DNA of 64,000 bases from Lytechinus pictus (Eukaryota). The DNA lies in the NCBI RefSeq assembly GCF_037042905.1, contig NC_087251.1:10356001-10420000 (forward strand), read 5' to 3'. The notes below the pieces were generated by a model. That model made no database searches. It worked only from the letters and a program-made list of their open reading frames with translations, and was not told the origin of the DNA. Shown here in pieces: positions 1-12,450 of this stretch (its first letter is position 1; every line of letters starts with the position of its first letter). The position numbers were made by a program, and so were the translations under genes.

Positions 1-1169
1 ACTAGTATAGAAGGAAGACTATAGAGATATAGAGATGGCATATTTTTATTCTGAACCAAGATGTAAACTGTTTATTACATCAAAATATAATTGTTTGGAT
101 ATCCTAACTTCCCCTCAGTTGAGATCTCAAGGGCTTATCTAACCCAGGTATTGTCTAACCATCTGAACAAAACATTGGTAGGGAAAGATAATAAGTAAGA
201 TAACATGAAAAAAAAATCATTATGAGGAAAATGTGACAGAATGGGAAAAAATGAACAAATTAAAGATAGAAGAGAGAGAAAAAAAGAAAGGGAGAGAAAG
301 AGTGGCAAGTAAGTTTTTGACATAATTAACAAAGTGGCATTTATTAACTGACATAGCAACAAAACTTGTCAGCCAATCAGACCCAAGGATTTCATTCATT
401 TATTCAGAATCAACAAATATTTAAGTTAGAACCAATATTGAATCAGGATGATATAAGAATGAAATATGAGTAGCATACTGGTTCTAATAATTCACAATAC
501 CCATAAACATAATCAGTTTAAATGCAAATTATTTTAATATATTTTCTACAAGGTAAGCTTTAATCAAATTGAAAAAAAAATGTGATTACATCTGCCTTTA
601 AGCCATGTGCAGTAATATTCATTTCATTTTCACAATTATATTATTCTTCAATCTTGTAATTTCAACTTCTTAAAGACTAAGAAAACCTCTTGAGTGGGAT
701 AGCCATATGTTTTCTCTAAATTATAACAAGCTTATTTTTTGTTTCAATTTCCCCTGAGGTTAAATATCCAATCCACCCAACGTAGTATCAATATCATATT
801 ATCTGGTTAACTTTTTAGTGTTTGGTATAGGCAGATTTGGGAAACATTGCTATTTTTTTACATTCAATGTTCCTTAAATGACTGTGACTCTGTCTTTACA
901 TGAGAGAGGGTTAAGATGAAGAAGTTAACTCAGGAAATCAACATTAAACATTACCGTTGTTGTATTACTAAATTTTTGACTGATTATTAATGTTCCATAT
1001 GCAAGTGCAGATAGCCCCTGCCCTCCCCCTCCCCTTGGCTATAAGTTGTATACAGAATTAGTTACGAATGATTATTAGTGCCCCATCTTGCCTCCCCATG
1101 AAAGCAAAGATGAAAATGGCTGACCCCCCCTTTGAGTATTGCTCATCATATATTGTTGGCGCCAATTAG

Positions 1170-1230
1170 ATAATAATAATAAGACTTGTAGAGTGCACTT
1201 CCATCTTGATTAGATGCTCAAAGTGCTTCA
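1170..1230 (-). mobile_element. 3' tail fragment of SINE/L2-type retroposon
   Basis: Reverse complement (tgaagcactttgagcatctaatcaagatggaagtgcac...tattattattat) resembles the 3' tail of the SINE at 28165-28437 (agcgccttgagcacctaacaaggtgga...tattattatt). Confidence 0.55.
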
Positions 1231-2918
1231 GAGTAAAACAAAAAAATAATAATGACATTACTTGTTTGAACAATAAGTCAATGTCTGTCAAAAAGCACTC
1301 TTATACAGGTATGCTTATGATCAACATTAAGAAGCAATAAAAAAAATGTATTCATTCTCTGTGCTCCCAATTATAATATCTTTGGTCTGACACTTTCAAT
1401 AGAAAGATTACAATCAATCTATATAATCAATTACATTATCCTACCCCACCCCTGAAAAAAAACGTAAATACATGCACGATCTACATCAAATGGCAGTTCA
1501 GTTACGTGAGATTTATCTAGGTAGACTGCAATATCACGTTTCTCATGATCCAATGCCCTCTTACCATTATCACATATAAGCTTAATGGAGATTGTCACTC
1601 AGGAAGCAAGAAAAGCAAGAACAGGATTGAATTAGAATTAACATTTATTCTCCTTTTCTCTATTCATCCCTCAATTTCTACATCCCTTTCCATAACATAT
1701 GGCAAGTGAGAAAAAGCTCAGTAACCAATCAAGAAAAAAATATTGGGTTGATTGATATATCAAACAATAAAAGGGTATACAAATTCTATAATGAATTGGT
1801 AAAAATTGAAATAAATATAAATTTGCAGTTAAAATAGAGGTAACAGATGAATAGGAAAGCATTGCAGCTGTCTAAATACAAACATAGCTTTTGGCATAAT
1901 TATCAGTGACTGCCTATGAAATCTCAAATTCCTTACACTATAACATAAAGAATTGTTTCACTCTTTCACTAAGTATAGAATGCCACTCATTCATATTTCA
2001 GTTTATATCTTTTTAAATATACTACAACATGTGTACATTCTTCTGTTCCAAATTGTAAATCTTATTTGGTTCAATATACCTTTAAATATAAAAAGTGCTT
2101 TATAAAATTTTCATTTATTTTCAATTGCTGAAGCCAACCATATATGTACATTCCTGGAGTGACCTTGTGACCTGTTACAAAGAACTACTTTGTACCAAAT
2201 AGCATTTTGATTTTTTTTCAATTTAAATATATAGTACAGTCAGACGTAACTTTGGTCACATTGTTACAAATTAAAGATCATTTTATGAAACATCCCATAT
2301 ACTGTTGGTAAGACTGCACTTACAAATTAATGATTATTCTGCTGCATTTTGTCTCATCAATTAATAAATGTTAAATTATGGAACATCAAGAATATGACAA
2401 GAATGAAATACAATGGAAAATATATGATCCTGTATTTGATTACTGTCATGCTGTTTTGATAAACAATTTGTTTGTTTATGATTCAGGTTTTGTTAAAATG
2501 AATGACAGTAAAAAGCAGCCCCCTACAATTGATGATATGTAAATCTAACGTCAAATACCACCAACATCCATGGGAACATGTTTTGAATAAGGATTGCAGT
2601 AATGTTTAGGATGGTAAGAAAAGGGTATGTTTACATCAATGTGACAATTCCAGAGCAATTCAACAATCCTCAAAACAGCATTTAAGCGTATCTTGTCTGA
2701 CAAGGTGATGGAAAGTAAAATGACTTTGGATGCTGGGGGCTATTGACAACACCATTAAGGAATGAAGTTCTTATTTCATTAATTCTTTTTTGTGAGTCTT
2801 TTCTCACTCTAATTGACTCCCAGCTGTGTTATGCTGCCATTTGTTTATTTCATTAGCACGATAAAGGGATGAAGAAGTGAAAGCGATGGGAAAAGAAGAA
2901 AACATGTTATTTGCACAC

Positions 2919-2969
2919 CTGTGAGAATGACTGACATCTTCACGTCTCCCTGCAGAGTCAAACCCAAAA
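2919..2969 (-). CDS. Candidate 51-nt internal exon of the minus-strand host gene
   Basis: Minus strand reads cttttcactgttgcag|TTTTGGG...CTCACAG|gtgtgc. Length is divisible by 3. It is open in phase 1 (xLGLTLQGDVKMSVILT) and phase 2. No recognised homology. Confidence 0.35.
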
Positions 2970-4945
2970 CTGCAACAGTGAAAAGTATCTAATTGCTTGA
3001 TTCAATACTTGAAAAGCTGGGACACATTTTTTTTCTCTCTCTACCCTTTTGCCTCTATCTCCTATTCTATGTTTGATCTATTATCTGCCATGCAGAAACA
3101 AGATCAATCGTTTTCTTACTTTACATTAGTTTTATTCTTTCATTTTCTTTCACTTTGGAAGTTACTAATTTCTTTACAAAAATTTGAAGGCATTTGACAT
3201 GAAGTGTCCTCTATTCTACACCATTTTTTGTCTAGTTCTTCCGTCACTCTCTCTCTACTTCCTCAACCTTAAAAAACAAGAATAAAGAAAATGAGTGACA
3301 CATGTATCAGAACAATACTTTTAGTGAAAGCATTGCTCAACAATAAGGACTGATAAATTTAAAGATCCCCCACCGCACTATTCATATTTATGTAGAGGGA
3401 ATCCTCGGTACAGCACATCGCTTCATGGATTTTTCGGCGCAATTTTTTTTTCTGGGCTTCATTTTTATAACATATCACAGAAACAGGCAACAAGTTAGAC
3501 CTTATAGCTCAGAGTTTAATTTTGAGTAAAATTAATGCAACTTACGCCTTTAAATCGATCACATTATCATAATTTCTAATAATCATTATTCTTCCCTCTC
3601 TAACCCAAACATCTAAATCTCCATACCCCATGATGTACACTGACCCACAGTAACACCTAGGCTTCTATCCCATTATTTCTATCTATATCCCATTTCTTAT
3701 CCATCTCTTCCTATAAAACACAGACTAGCATAAACAAGGAGGCGACTAGGGCAATTATATATGTCATAATACGTTCCTCAGTACCACTCTGATAAAAAAC
3801 AAGAACACTTAAAGCTTTTCTCCTAATTATTCAAGGACACAGTTTCCGGGGTAAGATTGATTCCGCAGAGTCTATTCTTATTCAAGTTTCATGGTGTGCA
3901 TTCCTGTACAGTTTAAATTTATTATTATTTTAATCATTAAGGAAATGCTTGGTCCTGATATCATTTACTTTCATCCACAAGTATCATACTTTTAAATATA
4001 CAGTTTCTACATCTATCTTGTTTAGAAAAGGATCTACACAAAACAAAAATGGTAATTACTTTTTTTGTAACCATGGCCACAGATAAAATCTCCATTGTAA
4101 ACATGGCAACAGTATCATGGTCACCATACTAATTAGCACAGAACAGCGTTATTCAAATGAATTTGTACTAAGATTGCATAACACCTACATAGCTTTAGGC
4201 ATTTGGGATTTCTAGCAGTATTAATGAAATAATTTGAACCAATGATTGCACTTTCACAATTGATGTTTTTATTGCCTGAATTTCTTTGAATTTTGATTTC
4301 AGTGGGAAATATAATTTCACTATAAAACTTCTAGCTTCTCACCATCTGAATATAATAATGCTCAAATGTTTGGTTTGTAGTATTTACCTTTTAGAACAAG
4401 AAGCAACATTCATAAAGCTATGAAATTGAGCAAAATACAATAATTTTCAAATAAATTCAAGGCCTTCTTTCAACGCTCACCACAACAAAACAGGGTTTCT
4501 TTTTAATGGACTTATGCATGTTTGTCCTACTGACTACTGCAGTAAACATGTTATCTAACAACAATAGTGCAAGGCAAATTATCAGATGAAATGTATTAGA
4601 ATTAATTCAAACATGAATAAACTTACACTGGTCTGTATATATTTTTGAGAAATTTATATCAAACGATGTTGCAATTACCCATTTTCTTCTTCTCATTTAT
4701 TTACAAATAAAATTATTAAATGTAAGTCCTCATAGAACATGAAATGGGTAAAAGACAATAAGACTACTCATTAATGAGATGCATTCACTCTTCACTTACA
4801 GCTTAACTTCATATGACAACAAAATTAATGAGTTATATTCAAAGAAAAGCCGGTTACTAGCTCATTAACTCTATTTACTGACATCCTTTAACTATAGTTA
4901 AAGGGTCCATATAGCCGTTGAATCCAAGAGTATGTTTTAAAGTGA

Positions 4946-5331
4946 TACCCCTTTCATAAACCCAATAAAACCAAATTATGCGGCTAATAGCAGCATAATT
5001 TGGTCGTAAAATCAGAGGAGGACAAGAGTTATCCGCATTATTCTGATGCTGCTATTATCCGCATAATAGCGGCATCAGTTTATGAACGTATTTCCAAATA
5101 ATGCGGATAATTGCCATGGTGCGGTCACAAGGTCACCCTTTTCCAACACAACCGCATTGGAGGGGGCGTGTCCAGTTGTCATGACGATTATCCGCCTTTT
5201 TCAGGACGGGCGCTCGTAAAAATAATGCGGATAATTTTCGGAGTTTGTGAACGCAATTTTTATTGAATTATCCGCATTACTCTTAGGCGGCTAATTGGAG
5301 GATAGGTTTTATTGGGTTTATGAAAGGGGTA
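4946..5331. mobile_element. PIF/Harbinger-like MITE (386 bp)
   Basis: 27-bp perfect TIR tacccctttcataaacccaataaaacc / ggttttattgggtttatgaaaggggta. 3-bp TSD TGA (4943-4945, 5332-5334). Internal ttatccgcat/atgcggataa motifs in both orientations. Confidence 0.9.
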
Positions 5332-7272
5332 TGAATTCTTCTTCTGAAGTGTGAAAAGGTTAGTGAACTGTCAGGTTTAGATATGAAACTATTGCTCTCT
5401 CAGCTATTTAAAAAGCATAACTATTTTCTATCATTTTTTAAAGAATGCACTTTTTACATATATAATGAGATTTCAATATTCTATAGAACAGATCTTGTAT
5501 GGCATGTTTATTTAATGTATTCAATGTTTCCTAATGAGAAGTTGCTAAAATGCAGTGTCTTGACTCTATATCACTTTGTCTATCCTAGCACTTAACCATA
5601 CATGTAACATACATGTACCTCATAACAAATGCAGTTTAATTTTGCAATAAATTTAAAAAGTAATCAATCAACTTTGGATTGAACATAAAGACAATAAAAA
5701 TGTTGATGACATTTCAATCTAAGGACACAAGGTTGCCCAGGAATAGACTAGACTATATATCTCACCAATGACCAATATGCAGTTAATATATCTGCTATAA
5801 GCAGTAAGTGATTTACACTGATCAAATGTGATCTACTGATATACAATGAATCTAACATGATGAATGGTCACTCTGAAATGCGACAAGTCTTGCCTCATTT
5901 ATCGCGTAATTCCATCCTGGTAATATTGCACACACATCATCATCATCCTCATTCCCAAACTTTCCTTTGACACTACACTAAAAGCCTGGAAATTAATTTC
6001 AACTCATGGCCTTCGACTTTGATTACCTGCAGTTTTCTATCGCGACAAGATAAAAGGTATTATCAAGTAAAAGAAGAAAACACAATGACTATGAGATAAT
6101 CTTGAAATGATGAGATATATAATTGCTTCCTCACTGAAAAATTCAAATTTAAAGGACTACTCAAAGTATGTTATACCATTTATTTTCTTTGGTATTAAGG
6201 ACATGATTCATTTTAAACCATCTTAGATAATATCATGTTGCACTTATGTAAGTAAATATGCACACAATACCCAAGAGCACAAGAAAAGTAAGCAATGACA
6301 AAAAGGGTGTCGAGCTGGTAGAAGGTATTAAATTTATTTGGCAAATTTGGCTACTTCAGTTTAGGTGATATTTCTTTAGAAAAATAGAAAAAAATACTTT
6401 TATTTTCACTAATTAAACCATTTCCACTGCGGTATATAAATCAAATAATCACTTTTGATTTCATTGGGCAAGACAAACAATCCTTTCCTTGGTAATATAA
6501 AAAGTGTGTATAGGCTATCTTTCCCCAGTTTGGCTTCAGGAACATAGATAATAGTTGTTTGTTTTTCTCTCTCATCACCTTAATAGATGCCATGGTTTTA
6601 CATCTAATCTACATCATGCAATTAATTTTTTTTCATATACTTTATAATACGACGTATAACACAGGAATGAATACAGGGAAACATCATATAAGAATGCAAG
6701 ACAATTTCGCTATTTTTCCATTAAGTCTTGTGTTTAAGCGTTTTTATCCCTTGTATCCATTTCTTCCTGATGGCTACGTCGACGCCTGAAAAAGGATGCC
6801 ATTCGTGACAAATCACTGAATAAATTCATTGGCATGTGAAATAAATATTCACATACAGAGGTTTTTGTTACCATTTGGCCTGTCTTTGCCTGACCTGGTT
6901 CAGCAAATTCAAACGTCTAAAACAAGATGCAGAGACTTTGCTGTTAATTTACAGGAAAACTGAAGTAATTATAGCTAAAAATGCTCCTGTGAGTAGGGTC
7001 AGGGAGGACCTATGAATGACCAATGTGAGTTAAATGTCTGACTGTAAACCTTTAACAGTTAATTTGAAAATCCTTGGTGTATTCATGCGAACAACTATTC
7101 CATGTAATGTCAATATACCCAAGTAAGCATAAAAGTACATAAAGCTTGTATCTAGTTTGGGAAAATTAGAAATCATTCATTGCCACAATTTCAATTTTTT
7201 GTCAAATAAAGTGAAAGAGAATGTAAAAGATGCAATTTAAAATCTGAAATTAATTTTATTGATGAAAATTAA

Positions 7273-7837
7273 AGGTCAAGTCCACCTCAGAATGATGTTG
7301 ATCTGAATCAATGAGAAAAATCAGACAAGCATAATGCTGAAAATTTCATCGAAATCGGATGTAAAATAAGAAATTTATGACATTTTGAAGTTCAGATTAT
7401 TTTTCACAAAATAGTTATATGCACAATTTTAATAGTCACATGCAAATGAGAGATTCGATGATGTCCCTCAATCACTATTTCTTTTGTTTTTTGAATTATA
7501 CAATATTTTATTTTATACAGATTTGAAAATAAGGACCAACTTAACTGAACCATAAAATGTAAAAAAATGATAATTCCACATGTCCATGGAGAAAGAAAAC
7601 TTTGTTTCACATGACAATGAGGAGAAGATTATAATATCTCATATTTCATATGATAAAATACAAAAGAGATAGCGAGTGAGTGATGTCATCAGTTCCCTCA
7701 TTTGCATGTGAAATTAAGCGAAACTTAAAAATGTCATAACTTTCTTATTTTACATCAGATTTTGCTAAAAAATTTCAGTGTTATGCTTGTTGGATTTTTC
7801 CTTTTTATTCAAATCAACTTTTTGTTGGGGTGGACTG
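7273..7837 (+). mobile_element. Kolobok-type non-autonomous element (family A), copy 1
   Basis: Begins TTAA|aggtcaagtccac and has ~120-bp imperfect TIRs. Colinear with copies at 17434-24239 and 56343-57058. The right tip is eroded. Confidence 0.85.
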
Positions 7838-9311
7838 ACTCATTTCCCCCTCTCTTTTTAGTGCAAAACCATTTCTCAAACATGGAATAAAATGACAATT
7901 TCACTATAAGTTCTTTTATAGCTGTGATACAAGAGCTAAATTTGTTGGTAAAGTGCCTAGTCAAAAGAATATCAGCATTACCAAGAAAGTATATTAAATC
8001 AGATTTTCATTAAGAATCACCACTCCCTTGTAAATGACAATCACTAAACTTTTGTATGACTGGAACGGTACATTGATAATCCAATACAATTCACATTTTC
8101 AACCTTTAACTAAGCATAGGCAGGCATGAATGTTACAAATGCTTTTAGTTTCCATCATGCAGCATGACTTTTCAAGAAATATTTTTTGTATTTCAATAAT
8201 CTTTTTCAGATCAGGGGAAACTTCTAGTGATCTCTTGGCTAAAAAGAAATTCATTTTGTCTAACGCATGTGAACTATTCAAATTTAATATTGACTGAAAA
8301 AAGAAACCAATGCAGATATATCATATTATTTAAGTATGCCCTATGATCTCAAGATTCAAGGCTTATAATTTGCCATTACCTTATTTCATAAGTTAATTTT
8401 TATGTAGAAATATATAGATAACTATTTACAGTGGATTAAGTGAATAAAACACAAAATATAACAGGTGGATTAGGGTCAGTTAGAGAGATATAGGACAGTA
8501 TGGAATACTGTGCTACAGCAACACTGAAAGATGAAAGTGTTATGATGTGAAAATAATGATTTCTCTACAAGCTCAACAAACCGAAGATCAAAAAATGTTA
8601 GAATAATCATGGGAAGGCCCACAATCTTGAAATGTTGAAGGTCACTAAAGAGATAAATACTTGAGACATCATGCACCTCATCTTAAAATAAATCCATTGA
8701 TTTTATGACAATCCATAGTTTCCTTCCTGCCTCTCAAAGCCTTGAATTGATCAATGCTTGTACAGTTCAATCTACTAACGTCTTTTCAAGACAAGTGAAA
8801 ACCCCTTACCTTTGAGCTAAAGAATTTATGCAGAACTCCCATAATATATCTATAAAGTAATTCATACTTTACACAGACTATTCTTCAAGCAACTGTAAAT
8901 GTTTTAATCATGTTCATGAATAAATCATTTCACAGATAACTTTACTCCATTGTATCTGCTGTGCATGCAGCTAGGCATTTCAATGGTTTTCCATCTCTAA
9001 TACTATTATGCATTATGTAGCCATATTTATGATTACCTTTATTAATTTTTGGATATTTTTTTTGCAGAGCTATCGTCATGAACATCTTGGGGCAGTGGAC
9101 ACACTTCTGAAATCCAAACCATTATTGTACCGTAATTATTACCAAATTGAGGGGATTAGAAATTCACAATAATGAACAATGTCTGTAAAATTATATTGAA
9201 ATAATTTGTATTGATTACTACTACCAAAATAATTCCAATAATTGAAAAACATACATGGCAATAATTTATATTCTTTTCATTGTTTTGAATGTTAACAAAA
9301 TTGAGACTTAC

Positions 9312-9881
9312 CCCATTCTGTGTACAGTTGACAATACAGAAAGCTTTACATCTTAGATCATCTGCCAATTCCTCATCATTCCATGGACTATCATCCCAAG
9401 ATGATTCCCAAATTGAGTCCTCATCACCTGCCACGCCAAATGGGACAGTAACATCTTCTGGTAGATAGGTGGAGGTTTGCTCCCATGGAGTAGCAGTTGA
9501 GTCTGGTATAGACGGAACAGGTGCTTTAGTAGTAGGCAATATGTCTCCTTCTTCCTGCATCATTGTAAGTAATGATGATGATGGGGTCAGTAAAGATGAT
9601 GATGAGGTTGTATCCATGTCCATTGGTAGCGCCAACACTGTGGTTTTCTCCTGATATGCTTCATTTGTCGGCCATTGTGGTTTGCTATTATTACCTGTGT
9701 AGTTGCTGCTAGTGCTGTTTTCGTTGATAAACGGAGACGAGAAGGAGTTGATGGTGGTTAATTCTAAATTTGTCTCAACATTATCATTGGTTATGGTGCC
9801 TTTTGAAGTAAGTCCAAATGGAAGCTGAAGGAGGAGGATGTTGAGGATAACAATCGATGGGCTTACCCTCATTCCCATCAT
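9312..9881 (-). CDS. First coding exon (190 aa) of a secreted or membrane protein: signal peptide, S/T-rich mucin-like stalk, acidic patch, start of Cys-rich segment
   Basis: Acceptor tttgttttcttag at 9909-9910 (exon starts 9908). In-frame TAA then GCCATG at 9881. Hydrophobic N-terminus (IVILNILLLQLPFGLTS). N-glycosylation sequons (NSTS, NYTG, NNSK). Ends CKAFCIVNCTQNG at a phase-0 GTAAGT donor (9311). The ORF track beyond this point is intron read-through. Confidence 0.85.
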
Positions 9882-11089
9882 GGCTTACCAGTAAGTGATT
9901 ATGTCTCCCTAAGAAAACAAAAAATAATAACATATCATGAACATATCAATTTCTGTTTATTGCATATATTATCTATTTCATGACTCATATTCGTTTCTGA
10001 AGAAACAAATCATGGGGTGTCCATCATAAACTGCTTTCCATAATTAGAAATTTACATACTTGTGACATTACAGCTTGAGATTAGAAAATAATTATTTTTG
10101 TGCTTGTAATGCCAGTAATAATACAAAGACCCATGCAACACATGTTTATATTCTTTTTAATTTGTTTTTCTTTCTGTTTTCTTCCCTTTTTCACTTCTTG
10201 AAAGATCATGGGGGTATAAGGTTGACCCACTTTCTGAGAAAGAGATACAGAACCAGCAATATAAAAGCCATCCATGTTGAAAGATGAAGAGGAATGTTGA
10301 GAGAAGAGGAAGAAAAAAACAAGAAGGCACACCTGAAAACGTAAGTGTCCGCATTTCCTGTTGTTACCTTAAAAGTGGATTACAGTCAATAAGCTTTCAG
10401 ACATTTCAAATTACCCTCACTAGTTAAATGGTTCAGTACATATGACTGTTCTTGTCAAGAATTGTATAGATGCTTACACTTTGAACGATGAGCTTCTAAA
10501 AGTTAATTACATAATTATATTGTTTCTATCCATAATGAACTTAAATTAAGTTCCCAGGCTTAATCATATGAGACAAAATGTAAAATTTAGGGATTTTGAT
10601 GTCCATTGACAGTTTTATTTCAATTGTTTCCAACATGCAGAAATTGCTATGCAATGAAACATGTTTTGTAGAAAACAACTGAAGAAAATCAATTCAGTAA
10701 AAGAGAGACACAATCGGATATTGCTAAAAACCAACTTCAAGATCAATAAAAAAATTGACATAACCATGCAATGATATTCTGATTGACAACAACAATTTTG
10801 AAACTATATCCAGAAAAAAATGAGGTATACTGAGACTTAAATCAACCAAGTGAAGGTAAACTGGAATAAACTAAGATTTAATGAAAACATGGAAAACTGA
10901 ATATGACACAAAACATGACCAATGTAAAAAAATGCAGAAACATGTAACCTTATAACCAACTTTATTAAACACACAGTTTGCTTTCCTCCAAGTTATTGCA
11001 AAATTTAAACTTCTTACAACCAGAAATGAGTACAGATGCAAAGATGTCTGCTGTAAAATTCAATATTTCCCAGGAAAACGGAAACTTAC

Positions 11090-11372
11090 CCTAAAAAATT
11101 CAGAAAGTATGGAGTAAGATCCAGTAAAGTAAGTCTTGATGCTCCTAATCCAACAAGCAAAGTGATCTGAAACATGTGTTCATCGGACATCACTGATGGT
11201 CTTCTCTGATATATGAAAGTGTGCTTGTACCAACGTAGGAAGTGATGAACAGCACGTGACAAAATACTACTCCATGACGAGAGAGAGAGTGGGAGGGAGG
11301 AAGAGAGAGAGAGGGGATTGAAGCGGTAGATCTGCGCACACTTCTGAGCTTGGGCTAGGATTCTGGTGAATG
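11090..11372 (-). other. Candidate 5' UTR exon of the host gene
   Basis: Strong donor TAGG|GTAAGT at 11089. Higher GC than flanks. Lies directly downstream of a promoter-like motif cluster. The 5' boundary is approximate. Confidence 0.5.
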
Positions 11373-11530
11373 ACTGGTACAAGGAGGGGGCGGGAGCTAA
11401 TATCTATGCAAATGGCGCTGACGTAGATGAGAACCGTGGTGGAGGATGCGCTGTACGTGAATAGGCCATGGATGGGTGCTGCATAAAATCTGATTGGTTG
11501 TAAGTTGCAGTAAGAGAGATGGTTGCTTTC
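11373..11530 (-). promoter_or_regulatory. Putative promoter
   Basis: GC-box GGGGCGGG (11387-11394), octamer ATGCAAAT (11406-11413), CRE-like TGACGTA (11419-11425), TACGTG (11454-11459) and CCAAT box CTGATTGGTT (11490-11499) within 150 bp. Confidence 0.55.
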
Positions 11531-11786
11531 ATATCTATTGATCAATGCCTTGGACCATCTCCATCATTGATTAATATCTTAATCAATTATTATCTTATCA
11601 TTACCATCAGTAGGTACTGTAATAAACTTTTTTTTTTATTCTTGAAGTAAAAAAAAACATCGAAATTTTTAATGGAAGTATTATCTGTCATACTTTACCA
11701 ACAAATCAATATTCATGTAAATTTATAGAATATCAATCAAAAGCGGAAAGGAATATTAATGTTAACAATATTAATAATTCAATTAT

Positions 11787-11837
<51 letters not shown>

Positions 11838-11849
11838 CACTGCCACTAC
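11787..11849. repeat. (TAC)n microsatellite
   Basis: About 17 perfect TAC units followed by degenerate units. Confidence 0.95.
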
Positions 11850-12287
11850 AATAAAGAAAACAATGAAAAATGAAAAGATGAAAAAAGAAAAGGGAGGGAA
11901 GGATAATGAAGGGAAAATAAATGACAGAGAAAAGAAAAGGACAGCCTATTATGAGTATTATTAGTACATTTACATTAGAATATCAGACACATAATGAAGA
12001 AAGGAAGAAATGCAGACAAATATTGATATAGATAATACTACAGATAGATATTCAATTTTAATGATTTGTTGATAAAAAAACTTCATTCGCAGCATAAAGC
12101 TGAATTTCAATTTTTTTAACAATATAATGAATTGATAGATAAAAAGTAGTATGAGAGAGATGAGAAAGAAAAGAAACAAAAGAGAGAAAAAGTGAGAAAG
12201 AAAGAGACAGAGAGAAAGAGAAAGAAAAAATAAAGTGTGTATGTATTCCATTCACTGTTCGTCACTGGTGAGAGCAAGCACACTCAC

Positions 12288-12450
12288 GCTACGGACTTCC
12301 GTTGTGGTAAAAGAGGCTGAATCAAACGCACAAAGAAACCATGCAGTGAATCATTCTTCAGAAAAAAAAAGCTAACCATCTCATCAAGATAACAAGGAAG
12401 AGGAGCTCTGCAGCACACTCCGCTCTCCCCCCGCTTTCCCTCCGCTCCTA
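12288..12450 (-). promoter_or_regulatory. Candidate alternative first exon/promoter
   Basis: Minus-strand donor GC|GTGAGT at 12287. CpG-containing, GC-richer patch with ETS-like acttccg and CCGC-rich boxes at 12418-12450. Confidence 0.35.

Noticed and set aside
5865..5985. Possible coding exon (GKFGNEDDDDVCAILPGWNY...) on the minus strand
   Set aside because: No convincing splice-site pair and no recognised homology.
9156..9311. C-terminal hydrophobic 'transmembrane' part of the 241-aa ORF
   Set aside because: It lies past the GTAAGT donor in AT-rich intron sequence.
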